NCBI GenBank assembly: GCA_945883625.1
Contig: CAMCXW010000002.1
Location: 39,479-103,478 of the forward strand
Source: Spirosoma fluviale
Lineage (GTDB): Bacteria; Bacteroidota; Bacteroidia; Cytophagales; Spirosomataceae
Length of the DNA stretch: 64,000 bases
Direction of reading: 5' to 3'
Of the stretch, positions 8,987-18,605 are shown piece by piece. Under the pieces are notes generated by a model that searched no databases, had not been told where the DNA came from, and saw only the letters and a list, made by a program, of their open reading frames with translations. The stretch's first letter is position 1; the number at the start of each line of letters is the position of its first letter. The position numbers were made by a program, and so were the translations under genes.

Positions 8987-11308
8987 TTAATTTTTAAATA
9001 ACCACACATCAAAAACTTTGGAATGCTGACGCCAATTTAAATGAGATTCCTCCGGTTCATCAAACGAAACCTCAATTTTTCCATCGCGCACATACTGTGG
9101 ACTCAGCTGAAACTCTTTGAACTCCCCCATGCCTTTTTGATATAGCGTCGGCGCAATGCGAACGCCATCTACACGTAGTAAGGCTTCTCCATAACCGGAA
9201 ATCCGAATGGAATATTTCGCATTGGGGTCTAGGTCAACATACGTTAGTTTGGGAAAATTTTGATATAACTGAGAGGATAATCGGCGCCTACTTTTACCAT
9301 TTTCTTCCCATAGCACATCCGTTCCATCATCCGTTCGAGTCGTCACACGAGGACCCTTCGCGACATCCGATACGTTATCGTAAAAACTACCAATCCCTGG
9401 ATTCTCCCAGTTCGCAATCACTGCGATGCGCGCTAATTGATCTTCCTCCTTGGTCATTTTTTTAATTTTCTCGAATTCATCAGCTAACCACCACCGGTTA
9501 TTTAAGGGGTAATCAATAAAATCCAATACGGCCCCACGCTCCGCGCCGCTTGCCTGATACTTCACCACACTCGATTGAAGACCAATGGAGGTAAATAATG
9601 CGTCGCAATAAGAGATGATTTTTTGACGTAAATCTGAATTTACAGATGCATTATCTGCCTCATTAACCTTCGCAAGCGCCATTTCCATGGCTTTAAGTAC
9701 CCCTATTTGACTAGCTTTGGTTAAGATTAAATTCGCCTGATTCTCTAATTTTTGCTCATGAATTTTTCGCCGTTTGATATAGGTATCGTAATATGCACGC
9801 AACAACAGCTGTTGCCATCGCCAATTATTCTTCAGCGTCGGATGTTGAATTTCTAAATTTGTCCAGTACGCGAACGTTGTCTCAATACCCCCATTTTCCT
9901 CTACTGGACCCACCCAATTACCCTCCAAAGCCAAAATGCCATCAGCTACTTGTTCTGATACATGATTGCCAAAAAAGAACCTTGCATACTCAACCAAGAC
10001 ATCACGCACATCTTTTGATGGATCAACCGATCTTTGGCTCCAAACAACTTTGTTGACATCATCATGAACCCCATCTGAATAAGCTATAAATCCATCTGTC
10101 AAATGCGCAAATCGCTGATGTATTTTAGCATAATAAACCGGCTGAGGATTCGAAACCTCACGACCTTCTGTTAGGGCAAATGCTTGATCCCAATTCTCCG
10201 TAGGATATTGGCAACGCACCGTATGTGTGATATCCGGGTAATGGCGGTGCTTGTATTGCTTGGGTAATCTGAAACGCGTACTTGCCAGATCAGGGCTACT
10301 TGGACCTGTAACGACACCCACTAACCAGTTGGGTTGATATTTTTCCAAGTATTCGTAAAAATAATTAACCTCCTCGTCACTAAACCCTTGCAAAGAAACC
10401 CACATTCCCGCTGCCGGATGAGATAATTTCAGCTCTGCTGATAGGGCTTTTAAGAAAGGCAACACATATTTCGGATGATTACTTCCAGGATCACCCCCAG
10501 GAAAAAAAACGCCATCTATCTTGGGCGTTCTTTTATAAAAATCAGTGTGCTTGATGACCTCCTGCTTAAACTTGGCTTCATCGGCTAAGTCCACAATAGC
10601 AGGTGTCCAAACCCAGTAATCCAGCCCATAATTCAAACAGATTTGGCTTAATTTAACATTCATTTCCTCCCGCGAAAATTTCATGTGAGGCCCTAGCGGA
10701 CTGTCCTCCATGGGAATATTTTCAATCGCATTCGTTCCAAAAAGCGCTAAATCTCGAATGTATTGTTCATACTGCTTCGCATCCCAAGCATCCCATGAAT
10801 TGGCGGTATTCCGATAACCCAACTGATGGCCACGAATTGTATGCAGCGGTGAAACTACTACATCATATTTTTTATCCACTAAAATCTTATGCTTCGACAA
10901 ATGGGCTTTTCGGAAAAACTCACCTAAGGAAAATAAAATACCCCTTTCATCCCCACCTATGAGCCATAAAATAGGCCTTTTAGTACTTATATCGATTGAA
11001 AAAGCATATCCCTCTTTGGCAAATGCAGGGGAATTTTTAGGCAATTGGGGTAACGAAATACCATGCAAATTTTGATCTGTCGCGAACACCAAGGCGATGA
11101 TTGGCATCGCATCCGATTTATCTTGTACACGCAAATTCAGCTCGGTGCGCGATTTAATCTCTTCCTGAATTAGCCTAAGATAGGTTTCTCGATAGGGAGA
11201 TTTTAATTCTTTTGTCACATGTATCGTGGCATTTGAAAAGTCAACGATCTGAGCTTGACTCGAAAATGCAAACGAAATAAAAAACAATGCTTGGACTAAT
11301 TTTCTCAT
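8987..11308 (-). CDS. Secreted uncharacterised protein with GH20/GH67-type zincin-like N-domain and probable TIM-barrel catalytic domain
   Basis: Signal peptide from ATG 11308 (ORF open to 11359); KEGYAF...IGGDERGILFSLGEF...P...RGHQ is typical of the N-domain preceding GH20/GH67/GH115 barrels. Confidence 0.65.
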   Translation of the reverse strand: MRKLVQALFFISFAFSSQAQIVDFSNATIHVTKELKSPYRETYLRLIQEEIKSRTELNLRVQDKSDAMPIIALVFATDQNLHGISLPQLPKNSPAFAKEGYAFSIDISTKRPILWLIGGDERGILFSLGEFFRKAHLSKHKILVDKKYDVVVSPLHTIRGHQLGYRNTANSWDAWDAKQYEQYIRDLALFGTNAIENIPMEDSPLGPHMKFSREEMNVKLSQICLNYGLDYWVWTPAIVDLADEAKFKQEVIKHTDFYKRTPKIDGVFFPGGDPGSNHPKYVLPFLKALSAELKLSHPAAGMWVSLQGFSDEEVNYFYEYLEKYQPNWLVGVVTGPSSPDLASTRFRLPKQYKHRHYPDITHTVRCQYPTENWDQAFALTEGREVSNPQPVYYAKIHQRFAHLTDGFIAYSDGVHDDVNKVVWSQRSVDPSKDVRDVLVEYARFFFGNHVSEQVADGILALEGNWVGPVEENGGIETTFAYWTNLEIQHPTLKNNWRWQQLLLRAYYDTYIKRRKIHEQKLENQANLILTKASQIGVLKAMEMALAKVNEADNASVNSDLRQKIISYCDALFTSIGLQSSVVKYQASGAERGAVLDFIDYPLNNRWWLADEFEKIKKMTKEEDQLARIAVIANWENPGIGSFYDNVSDVAKGPRVTTRTDDGTDVLWEENGKSRRRLSSQLYQNFPKLTYVDLDPNAKYSIRISGYGEALLRVDGVRIAPTLYQKGMGEFKEFQLSPQYVRDGKIEVSFDEPEESHLNWRQHSKVFDVWLFKN

Positions 11309-11429
11309 AGGTACCAATGTTATGTAATTGAAAATTTTTGTGCTAGTTGGCACAAACATATAAACCCCGCCAATAAAATTTTATATTGCCAATTATTCCT
11401 GAAAAATACCATTTTAAATAAAATTTACG

Positions 11430-12299
11430 ATGAAATTAAATCAAGAAATCATTCAACTATTTGATGAATATACACACAAGCCTTTAAGCAGGGAAGTTTT
11501 TTTAAACCGATTAACCAAATTAATCGGAGGAACAGCTGCTTTAAGCACTATTTTACCCGTTTTAGAGGGGAGTTATGCGGCAAGTGCACAAGTTGCCGAG
11601 GATGATAGCGACCTACTCATTTCGATAGCGGAGTTTCCATCACCTAATGGTGTTATCAAAGGCTATTTAGTCCAACCCAAGCAGGCGAAAAAGCGCATGG
11701 GCTCTGTTTTAGTCATACATGAAAACAGAGGTTTAACCCCACACATAAAAGATGTGACGAGGCGAATTGCCAAGGAGGGATTTATAGCCTTAGGGATTGA
11801 TGGATTGAGTCAATTTGGGGGTACGCCAACAAACGAAGATGAGGGACGTACGCTAATCGGAAAATTAGATGCGAAACAAAATATTGAAAATATGCTGAGT
11901 GGGCTAAGCTTCCTCAGAACATTGAAAAATAGTAATCAAAAAACGGCTTGCATTGGATTTTGTTGGGGCGGTGGTATTGTCAATGATTTGGCCGCCGCGG
12001 ATCCTGCATTAACTTTAGGCGTGCCTTATTACGGTCGGCAAATCGACCCTGCAATGGTTCCTAAAATTAAAGCCAAATTGATGCTTCATTATGCCGGTTT
12101 AGATGAACGTATCAATGCGGGGATTCCAGCTTATGAAAATGCATTGAAAAGTAATCAGATAGATTATCAATTGTTTATTTATGAAGGGGCCCAACACGCC
12201 TTTAATAATGACTCATCCCCGGCGCGTTATCAGAAAGAAACGGCTGATTTAGCTTGGAGTAGAACACTAAATTTCTTCAAAAAACATTTGAACGAATGA
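11430..12299 (+). CDS. yghX: Dienelactone hydrolase family protein (YghX-like)
   Basis: LFDEYTH N-terminus, VIHENRGL, GFCWGG nucleophile, DERIN, HAFNND. Confidence 0.88.
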   Translation: MKLNQEIIQLFDEYTHKPLSREVFLNRLTKLIGGTAALSTILPVLEGSYAASAQVAEDDSDLLISIAEFPSPNGVIKGYLVQPKQAKKRMGSVLVIHENRGLTPHIKDVTRRIAKEGFIALGIDGLSQFGGTPTNEDEGRTLIGKLDAKQNIENMLSGLSFLRTLKNSNQKTACIGFCWGGGIVNDLAAADPALTLGVPYYGRQIDPAMVPKIKAKLMLHYAGLDERINAGIPAYENALKSNQIDYQLFIYEGAQHAFNNDSSPARYQKETADLAWSRTLNFFKKHLNE

Positions 12300-12303
12300 T
12301 GCG

Positions 12304-13686
12304 TTAGGGTAAGCTAATTGTGAAGATCTGCTTCGTTTCTTGATTTTTCGAATTCATTACTTTTCGATTAAACGCTACCGTTTTCCCGTCGTGCGAAAGA
12401 ACAATGTTGGTGGGCTCGTTGCGCTGCTTAGCCGTCAAGTATTGCATTCGATTTTCAAATGCATCCAAACCTAGTTGGCACTGGACTATTCTTCCCTCGT
12501 ACACATAGAAAATAAATTTACCTGACGGATGCCAGCGCAAACTGCTAGTTACCGATTTATCATGTTTTGTGATTTGTTGGGGCTTCCCTCCCTTCGGAGA
12601 AATTGTAAAAACTTGCCTAATTCCGTTAATATCGTAGGCTAAATAGGCCAGGTTTTCACCCATCAAATCGCTTCGAACGATACCCGCACAACCTGGGTTT
12701 GGAGTTTCAGATGTATAAGTCAATCGTTTTTGTATGACTCCTTTGGGTGGGAAGGGCATGTAATCTAAGGTGCCCTCCAAAGGCCCCAAAGATCCATTTT
12801 GATTTATTTCCTTGGGAATATCAACTAGGAAAACTTCATCTACCGGTTTTCCGTTTGCATCATTAACAGTTCCAATAAAGCTTCTTGCCATTTGGTAACC
12901 TCCCTCAGCAAGTGGATACCCATTTTTGCCCACCCAGGAATCGCCTAATGCTTGGCTGATTTCATCAGATCCAGGCGTAGGACTAGATACCACGTGAACC
13001 ACGAGTGCGCTAAACCACGCTCCTGAATTATTTTCACCATTTATCCCGCTATCAACTTTCACGGGGTGATTTTTTTTAGCAACACCAATCGTTCTTAAGT
13101 TGTGTTTTTTACCCGTTTTGGCTTCCAATGATTGCATGATCGCATCATTATAGGTAAAGCCAATCCAGTTGCCATCCCCACTAAATTCATGTCGGTGCGT
13201 ACCACCCCGCAACGCACCTGCCGTAAATGGAAAATTCACATCACGCGCATCCATGCGGATGGGAACATTCGGATTTTTTTCATCAATAATTACACCCGTC
13301 CGGCGCCATTGCTGATAGGGATTTTCTTTCGAACTATGCATTAATCCACGAATGAAAACCACGGAAAAATCGATGGGAGAATAACTAACGGCACCTACGC
13401 CAGGGCCCCATTGGGTGTTTTCCTTTAGCGCATATAAAACCTTTTTCTCCCCGGTCTTTACGTGAACTTTTTCAATTTTACTCGAAATAGCGATGCCTCC
13501 TTCGTCCGTCCTAGTATCGTACACAAGCCACTGATCATCGGGAGAAAAATTATCATTATTATCTAAATCATGATTATAATCTAGGTCAAACGTTATTTGA
13601 TTTTCAGGTCGTACGGGCATACTTTTACAAGAGATTAATGTAAAAATTAAGGATAAAAAGAAGTAAGCTATTTTCAATTCATTCAT
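12304..13686 (-). CDS. DUF3748 (YidR-like) beta-propeller lipoprotein
   Basis: Lipobox LISC after ATG 13686 (ORF open to 13728); NFSPDDQWLVYDTR, DARD..PFTAGALRGGTHRHEFSGDG, TolB/PD40-like repeats. Confidence 0.78.
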   Translation of the reverse strand: MNELKIAYFFLSLIFTLISCKSMPVRPENQITFDLDYNHDLDNNDNFSPDDQWLVYDTRTDEGGIAISSKIEKVHVKTGEKKVLYALKENTQWGPGVGAVSYSPIDFSVVFIRGLMHSSKENPYQQWRRTGVIIDEKNPNVPIRMDARDVNFPFTAGALRGGTHRHEFSGDGNWIGFTYNDAIMQSLEAKTGKKHNLRTIGVAKKNHPVKVDSGINGENNSGAWFSALVVHVVSSPTPGSDEISQALGDSWVGKNGYPLAEGGYQMARSFIGTVNDANGKPVDEVFLVDIPKEINQNGSLGPLEGTLDYMPFPPKGVIQKRLTYTSETPNPGCAGIVRSDLMGENLAYLAYDINGIRQVFTISPKGGKPQQITKHDKSVTSSLRWHPSGKFIFYVYEGRIVQCQLGLDAFENRMQYLTAKQRNEPTNIVLSHDGKTVAFNRKVMNSKNQETKQIFTISLP

Positions 13687-13751
13687 TTTTTCCAAACGTA
13701 TAAAATGACTGATCTGTGCATTGAACATGACACGTTCAGGTCCCTAAAACA

Positions 13752-15389
13752 CTACAATAAAAATGCACTTGGGTGAATATCCTCATGCGCAGTATGATCT
13801 TGAAAAAATTGTGCGATGCGTAAGATTGTGGCTTCGTCGTATAATTTGCCAACAAACGATATTCCGGTAGGAAGCTTCGTTTTAGCATCCAAACCCGTAG
13901 GGACACAAACAACGGGATGGCCGGTTAAGTTGGTAATCGCCGACTGGTTGCCGCCTCCGCGGGAAGGACAAATAATTGCATCGTATTGAGAGACTACCTC
14001 ATTAACTTTTTGCATTAAGGTATAGCGATGTCGCTGTGCGTTTATGTATTCCACGGCAGGGATAAAACGGGAAGCTCTGAATTGATTAGGCCAGTCATTT
14101 TTGGCTTGACGGGTGAGTAGATCATCGATGTTTTTTCGGGTCAATTCGTCGAACTGCGCCGCACATTCTGCCCCGATAATTACATCCATGATATTAAACG
14201 TGTAAATATTTTCATCCGGAAAATCAACTGGTACTAATTGAACACCCTGCTTTCTCAAATCGGCCAGGACCCTCCATTCACTCCGGGATGTATCTTTAAT
14301 TTTGTCAAAATAGTTTTTGGCATAGGCAATTTTCATTCCTTTCAGCGAAAGATTGGCATTGTAGTTAAAAGGCATATCCACAGCCGCTAAATCTTTCCCA
14401 TCAGTTCCATGTAAGTAATGAAAAACAATGGCAGCATCTTGAGCTGACCGACAAATAGGTCCTACTTTATCCAATGAATAACTTAATGCCATGGCGCCAG
14501 ACCGACTAATACGTCCAAAAGTAGGTCGTAATCCAGTCGCGCCACAAGTCGTTGCGGGCGAAACAATACTTCCCCATGTCTCCGTCCCGATCGCAAAAGG
14601 AACAAGACCAGCTACCGTAGCGGAAGCGGATCCGGCAGATGACCCTGAAGAACCAAAGTTTAAATTCCATGGATTTTTCGTTCTACCACCAAACCAGTAG
14701 TCACCCATCGCCAACGCCCCCAACGTGAATTTTGCTACCAATACAGCGCCCGATTCCTTTAATTTTGAATACACGTACGCATCTTCTTCAATCGCTTGAT
14801 CTTTGTAAGGAGCCGCCCCCCACGTAGTCTTAGTTCCTTTGACTGAAAATAAATCTTTTAAGCCATATGGAATGCCATGTAACAATCCTCGATATTTTCC
14901 TGCAGCTATTTCTCGATCCGCCTGCCGCGCTTCCGCATAGGCCAAATCCTCTTGAATACTAATCACACATTGTAAAGTTGGCCCATAAGTCTTAATCCGC
15001 TCAATAAATAATTGCGTTAATGCCACCGAGGTCACTTGCTTTGTTTTTAGTAAATGAGCCAATTGATTAATGGAAAAAAAAGCTAAATCTGCCTTATTTG
15101 AAGGTAATTTTAGCTGTGCTTGGGTCCATACTACAGGGCGCTTAACCGAATTGAATTTTATTCCTGGAAGTCTCGGGTTCTGCCATAAACTCAATGGCAC
15201 ATTATTCGGCAAGGATAGCGCATGCATCGCCTTGTAATTCGCTACATTATCAACCACATCGGAATAAAGTGTATCCAGCTCCTGCGTGGTAAATGTTAAA
15301 TCAAAAAGTTTGGCAGCACTTGATAAATCAGCTTTTGACTGAGCAAAAGCGGCGTTGCACATCATTAATAACAAAGCAATTTTCTTCAT
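13752..15389 (-). CDS. Secreted amidase-signature family amidase
   Basis: GIPYGLKD, TKNPW, GSSGSSAGSASA, GTETWGSI; signal peptide. Confidence 0.92.
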   Translation of the reverse strand: MKKIALLLMMCNAAFAQSKADLSSAAKLFDLTFTTQELDTLYSDVVDNVANYKAMHALSLPNNVPLSLWQNPRLPGIKFNSVKRPVVWTQAQLKLPSNKADLAFFSINQLAHLLKTKQVTSVALTQLFIERIKTYGPTLQCVISIQEDLAYAEARQADREIAAGKYRGLLHGIPYGLKDLFSVKGTKTTWGAAPYKDQAIEEDAYVYSKLKESGAVLVAKFTLGALAMGDYWFGGRTKNPWNLNFGSSGSSAGSASATVAGLVPFAIGTETWGSIVSPATTCGATGLRPTFGRISRSGAMALSYSLDKVGPICRSAQDAAIVFHYLHGTDGKDLAAVDMPFNYNANLSLKGMKIAYAKNYFDKIKDTSRSEWRVLADLRKQGVQLVPVDFPDENIYTFNIMDVIIGAECAAQFDELTRKNIDDLLTRQAKNDWPNQFRASRFIPAVEYINAQRHRYTLMQKVNEVVSQYDAIICPSRGGGNQSAITNLTGHPVVCVPTGLDAKTKLPTGISFVGKLYDEATILRIAQFFQDHTAHEDIHPSAFLL

Positions 15390-15607
15390 GTTCGTAAAAA
15401 ATTAATGATTAAAGAATAACTTTTAAATACCTCGGATTTTAAATTTAGTTAATCAATTTCGCTTTTTGGCAAACCTTTCTTTTGGAAAAATCAATAGTTG
15501 ACTTAAAATTTTTAGGAGACGAAGTAAAAGGTAAAATTATGATCGCTTTATTTAAATAAAAACGTTAAAATTTTGAACAATTCCGTAGCGTAAAAGGTTT
15601 AGCAAAC

Positions 15608-16201
15608 ATGAAAAATAAAATTCCGTATATCGCACTATTTTTAGTGGTCAGCATTTTTTTATCGTTTAAATCTTTATCCGTGTTCAAGACCGAAAATCAG
15701 AAATACAGGTTGGTTAAAAAAGAAGCAGGCTATGAAATCAGGTTTTATCCACAAGCTACTTTAGCCACTATTTACAGTTCAGGAACTGATTACAAGTCGG
15801 TGGCCAGCAACGGATTCAGGAAGTTGGCTGGATATATATTTGGAGGAAATGACCAAGGGAAAAGTATTTCGATGACGGCTCCCGTGCACATGGCTTTTAA
15901 TGAAAAGGGCTCGACCATGAGTTTTGTTATGCCAGAAAATTATACAGAGGCAACTTTACCCGTACCCAAGGACGAAAATGTGCACATTTCTAAATCTACA
16001 GCTCAATATGTCGCTGTGATTACGTTTAATGGATATGCTACCGACGAAAAAATCAACGAACAGCAAATTGCCCTTAAGCAACTACTTGATAAAAATAAGG
16101 TTAAAACAACCGGTGACTTTACCTTCTTAGGATATAATGCTCCTTATCAATTCATTGGAAGAAAAAATGAGGTTATTATTCCGATCGAGTGGAAAGAGTA
16201 G
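15608..16201 (+). CDS. SOUL-family heme-binding protein
   Basis: YEIRFYP, GFRKLAGYIFGGN, ISMTAPV, MSFVMP, YNAP..RKNEV. Confidence 0.9.
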   Translation: MKNKIPYIALFLVVSIFLSFKSLSVFKTENQKYRLVKKEAGYEIRFYPQATLATIYSSGTDYKSVASNGFRKLAGYIFGGNDQGKSISMTAPVHMAFNEKGSTMSFVMPENYTEATLPVPKDENVHISKSTAQYVAVITFNGYATDEKINEQQIALKQLLDKNKVKTTGDFTFLGYNAPYQFIGRKNEVIIPIEWKE

Positions 16202-16233
16202 CAATAAGATAAACGAGCTATTTCTCGCAAAAA

Positions 16234-17223
16234 TTATTTGCTATTGGGAATTACAGGTGCAAATAAAGTTTTGAAACTTTGCTCGTTGCCATATGTGAGC
16301 CCTTTTGTATTAATTGCATAGGCTCGAAAATAATACATGGTGTTTTCTCGTAAATCATTGACGGCTACAGAAAATGAGCCCAATGCTACCCCTGAAATCA
16401 CTTTTAAATCTGAAAGTTTTGGATTAGGTGTTAAACCATAACAGATACCGCTTTCCACTACATCTGATCCTCCGTCATTCGTTATATTTCCACCCATTTT
16501 TACTGCGTTTTGCGATATGTTTAAAGCCTTTTCGGTGATCACTGTGGGTAACGCTAAATCCGCAGTGGTAAAGATGTGCGTATTTCCATAAGAAATTCCC
16601 TTTTGATTTACTGCGTACGACCGAACATAGTATTTGGTGCTTTCCTTTAGCGTGGTAACAAATAACGTATAGGCCCCAATACCCGTAGATAAGTCAGTAA
16701 ATTTTAAATCCAATATAGTGGGGGTTGGGTTTGCGCCCACGGCAAAGCCTCTTTCGGAAACAAATCCTCCCCCATCGTTTGCAACAATTCCACCCAAAAA
16801 GGCGGTTGAATATCCTATGCTTTTCGGGACATCGGTCGATAAAGATGGTAAGAGATAATCCGACGTGATAAAGCTTTTAACTTCACCTAACTTCGTACCC
16901 TTAGAATTAGTCGCGTAAGCTTTAAAGTAATATCTGGTATTGCGAGTAAGTTTGTCCAAAACGAATGCAAAGGCCCCTTTTCCCGTTCCCAATTCAACTT
17001 TCGAATCATTTAAAGATGGATTGCGAATTTGGCTACTGTATACAAAACCTTTCGCCGTTACGGCAGAATAACCTTCATTCGTTATATCTCCAGTTAAAGT
17101 GGCCGCAGTTAATGAAATATTTGCTGGTACGCCTGTAATAACGGTGGGCGGATCTTGAAGTTCTTCCTGCTGACAACTACTTATGAAAACAAAAAGCGCA
17201 AAAATATAAATACTAAATCTCAT
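16234..17223 (-). CDS. Lipoprotein made of three tandem fibronectin type III-like repeats
   Basis: Lipobox ISSC; three ~95 aa repeats G.I.N(D/E)GG..V..G..Y....NP...D.K....G.G.F....L...T.YY.RAYA.N.KG..YG...F.T. Confidence 0.82.
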   Translation of the reverse strand: MRFSIYIFALFVFISSCQQEELQDPPTVITGVPANISLTAATLTGDITNEGYSAVTAKGFVYSSQIRNPSLNDSKVELGTGKGAFAFVLDKLTRNTRYYFKAYATNSKGTKLGEVKSFITSDYLLPSLSTDVPKSIGYSTAFLGGIVANDGGGFVSERGFAVGANPTPTILDLKFTDLSTGIGAYTLFVTTLKESTKYYVRSYAVNQKGISYGNTHIFTTADLALPTVITEKALNISQNAVKMGGNITNDGGSDVVESGICYGLTPNPKLSDLKVISGVALGSFSVAVNDLRENTMYYFRAYAINTKGLTYGNEQSFKTLFAPVIPNSK

Positions 17224-17427
17224 GCGACTAAAATTACTTTTATAAGAAAAGCGTTGGCAGTAAATGATGTCAAATTTAACATTTCATCCGAACAATTGCT
17301 GAAATTAGACTTTAGAAACAAATTTTAGTAGTACAATAGCCTAGAAGCTTTGCGAGTTTAACTTAACGCCAATGGTTTACTTATGAACAAAGGCATTTCA
17401 CAAAGAGTAAATTTGGTAAGCAAAATT

Positions 17428-17670
17428 CTAGGGTATATTTTTAATCGTTTCCCTGATGATGCTTGTCCAAATTTCATATCCTTTCGCATTAAAATGAAGT
17501 TTGTCCGCGATATATAAATTAGGCTGAAATTTACCGTCTTGCCCTAGCAACTGCGAAGCTGTTTTGATCAAAAATAAATTTGAATCAGAACGGCTAAATT
17601 GATCAATCAAATCATTCGTTTCTTGTATTTTATCCCAGACGGCCCAACGCTTCTCGTTGGGGGAAATTGA
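17428..17670 (-). pseudogene. C-terminal fragment of an SGNH/GDSL hydrolase, out of frame with the upstream esterase
   Basis: SISPNEKRWAVWDKIQETN...LLGQDGKFQPNLYIADKLHFNAKGYEIW contains SGNH block V (DxxH); blocks I-III and a credible start are absent. Confidence 0.72.
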
Positions 17671-18602
17671 TTTGGAGGATATAAAAAACCGTTTGGATGA
17701 GTTTGATAAAGAACAAAAGCATAAAGCCATTGAGCAACTTCATCCAAGGACGTGCGAATGGCAGTTTGATTATTATCCAATGTATGACCTAATCCCTCGG
17801 ATAATTTTATTCCCGTTGGTATTCCTAAACGCAATGCTTGTTCGTAAACAATCAAGCTTCCATGTTTGAATCCATGGTAGGAGAAGGATGAATCGAATGG
17901 GACAGTTTTGTCAGCCGTTCCATGCACATTAAAAACAGGAATATCGGTGGGCTTAATCCAATGAACATTGGCCATGGAACCCCAGAAATTAACGACTGCA
18001 TGTACTTTTGAAGAAATCCCATCGTTTCCAGATGAGCCTTCGACAGTCCCATGTTTAGCTGTATTAAAATCGGCCGGAACCTCATTTTGATCTAAATACG
18101 CAAGATGTAGGGCAGTCATTCCACCAGCTGAACCACCGCTAATGACAATTTTAGAGGTATCAATTCCCCATTGTAGGGCATTTTTTCGCATAAAGCGAAT
18201 CGCTGCTTTCCCATCTTGAACGGCACGCATCATGGCTTCAAAATAATTCATATCTGATCTTGGTGCTTCAACACCCAATCGGTAATTAATTGATGCAACG
18301 ACAAAGCCTCTTTTTGTCAAATTTTCGGCAACGGTTTTTGAATAACCTGTCCTTTTATCTCCATTAACAAATCCACCTCCGTGTATAAAAACAACCAAAG
18401 GTCTTTTTTTCAAAGTATCTAGCTTAGGCTGGTAAACATCTAGAGTCAAAATTTGATCTTCACCTTTACTTGTTTTCGCCATGCCGTAAGGCATATTCAT
18501 GACCGAATCTATCGCGGTAAAGACCTCGTTTTTATAGCGATTCTGCCCGTAAAAAGGAAAAGCAAGGAAGGTTAGCGCAAAAATTAAACTTATATTTTTC
18601 AT
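17607..18602 (-). CDS. Secreted alpha/beta hydrolase (HSL-type carboxylesterase)
   Basis: HGGGF oxyanion motif, GGSAGG nucleophile elbow, HGTAD, GLGH; the last ~25 aa look like off-frame read-through. Confidence 0.88.
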   Translation of the reverse strand: MKNISLIFALTFLAFPFYGQNRYKNEVFTAIDSVMNMPYGMAKTSKGEDQILTLDVYQPKLDTLKKRPLVVFIHGGGFVNGDKRTGYSKTVAENLTKRGFVVASINYRLGVEAPRSDMNYFEAMMRAVQDGKAAIRFMRKNALQWGIDTSKIVISGGSAGGMTALHLAYLDQNEVPADFNTAKHGTVEGSSGNDGISSKVHAVVNFWGSMANVHWIKPTDIPVFNVHGTADKTVPFDSSFSYHGFKHGSLIVYEQALRLGIPTGIKLSEGLGHTLDNNQTAIRTSLDEVAQWLYAFVLYQTHPNGFLYPPNQFPPTRSVGPSGIKYKKRMI

Positions 18603-18605
18603 TAA

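Noticed and set aside
11430-11560. Tat signal on the YghX-like hydrolase
   Set aside because: Motif reads SREVFL with a single Arg; export cannot be claimed.
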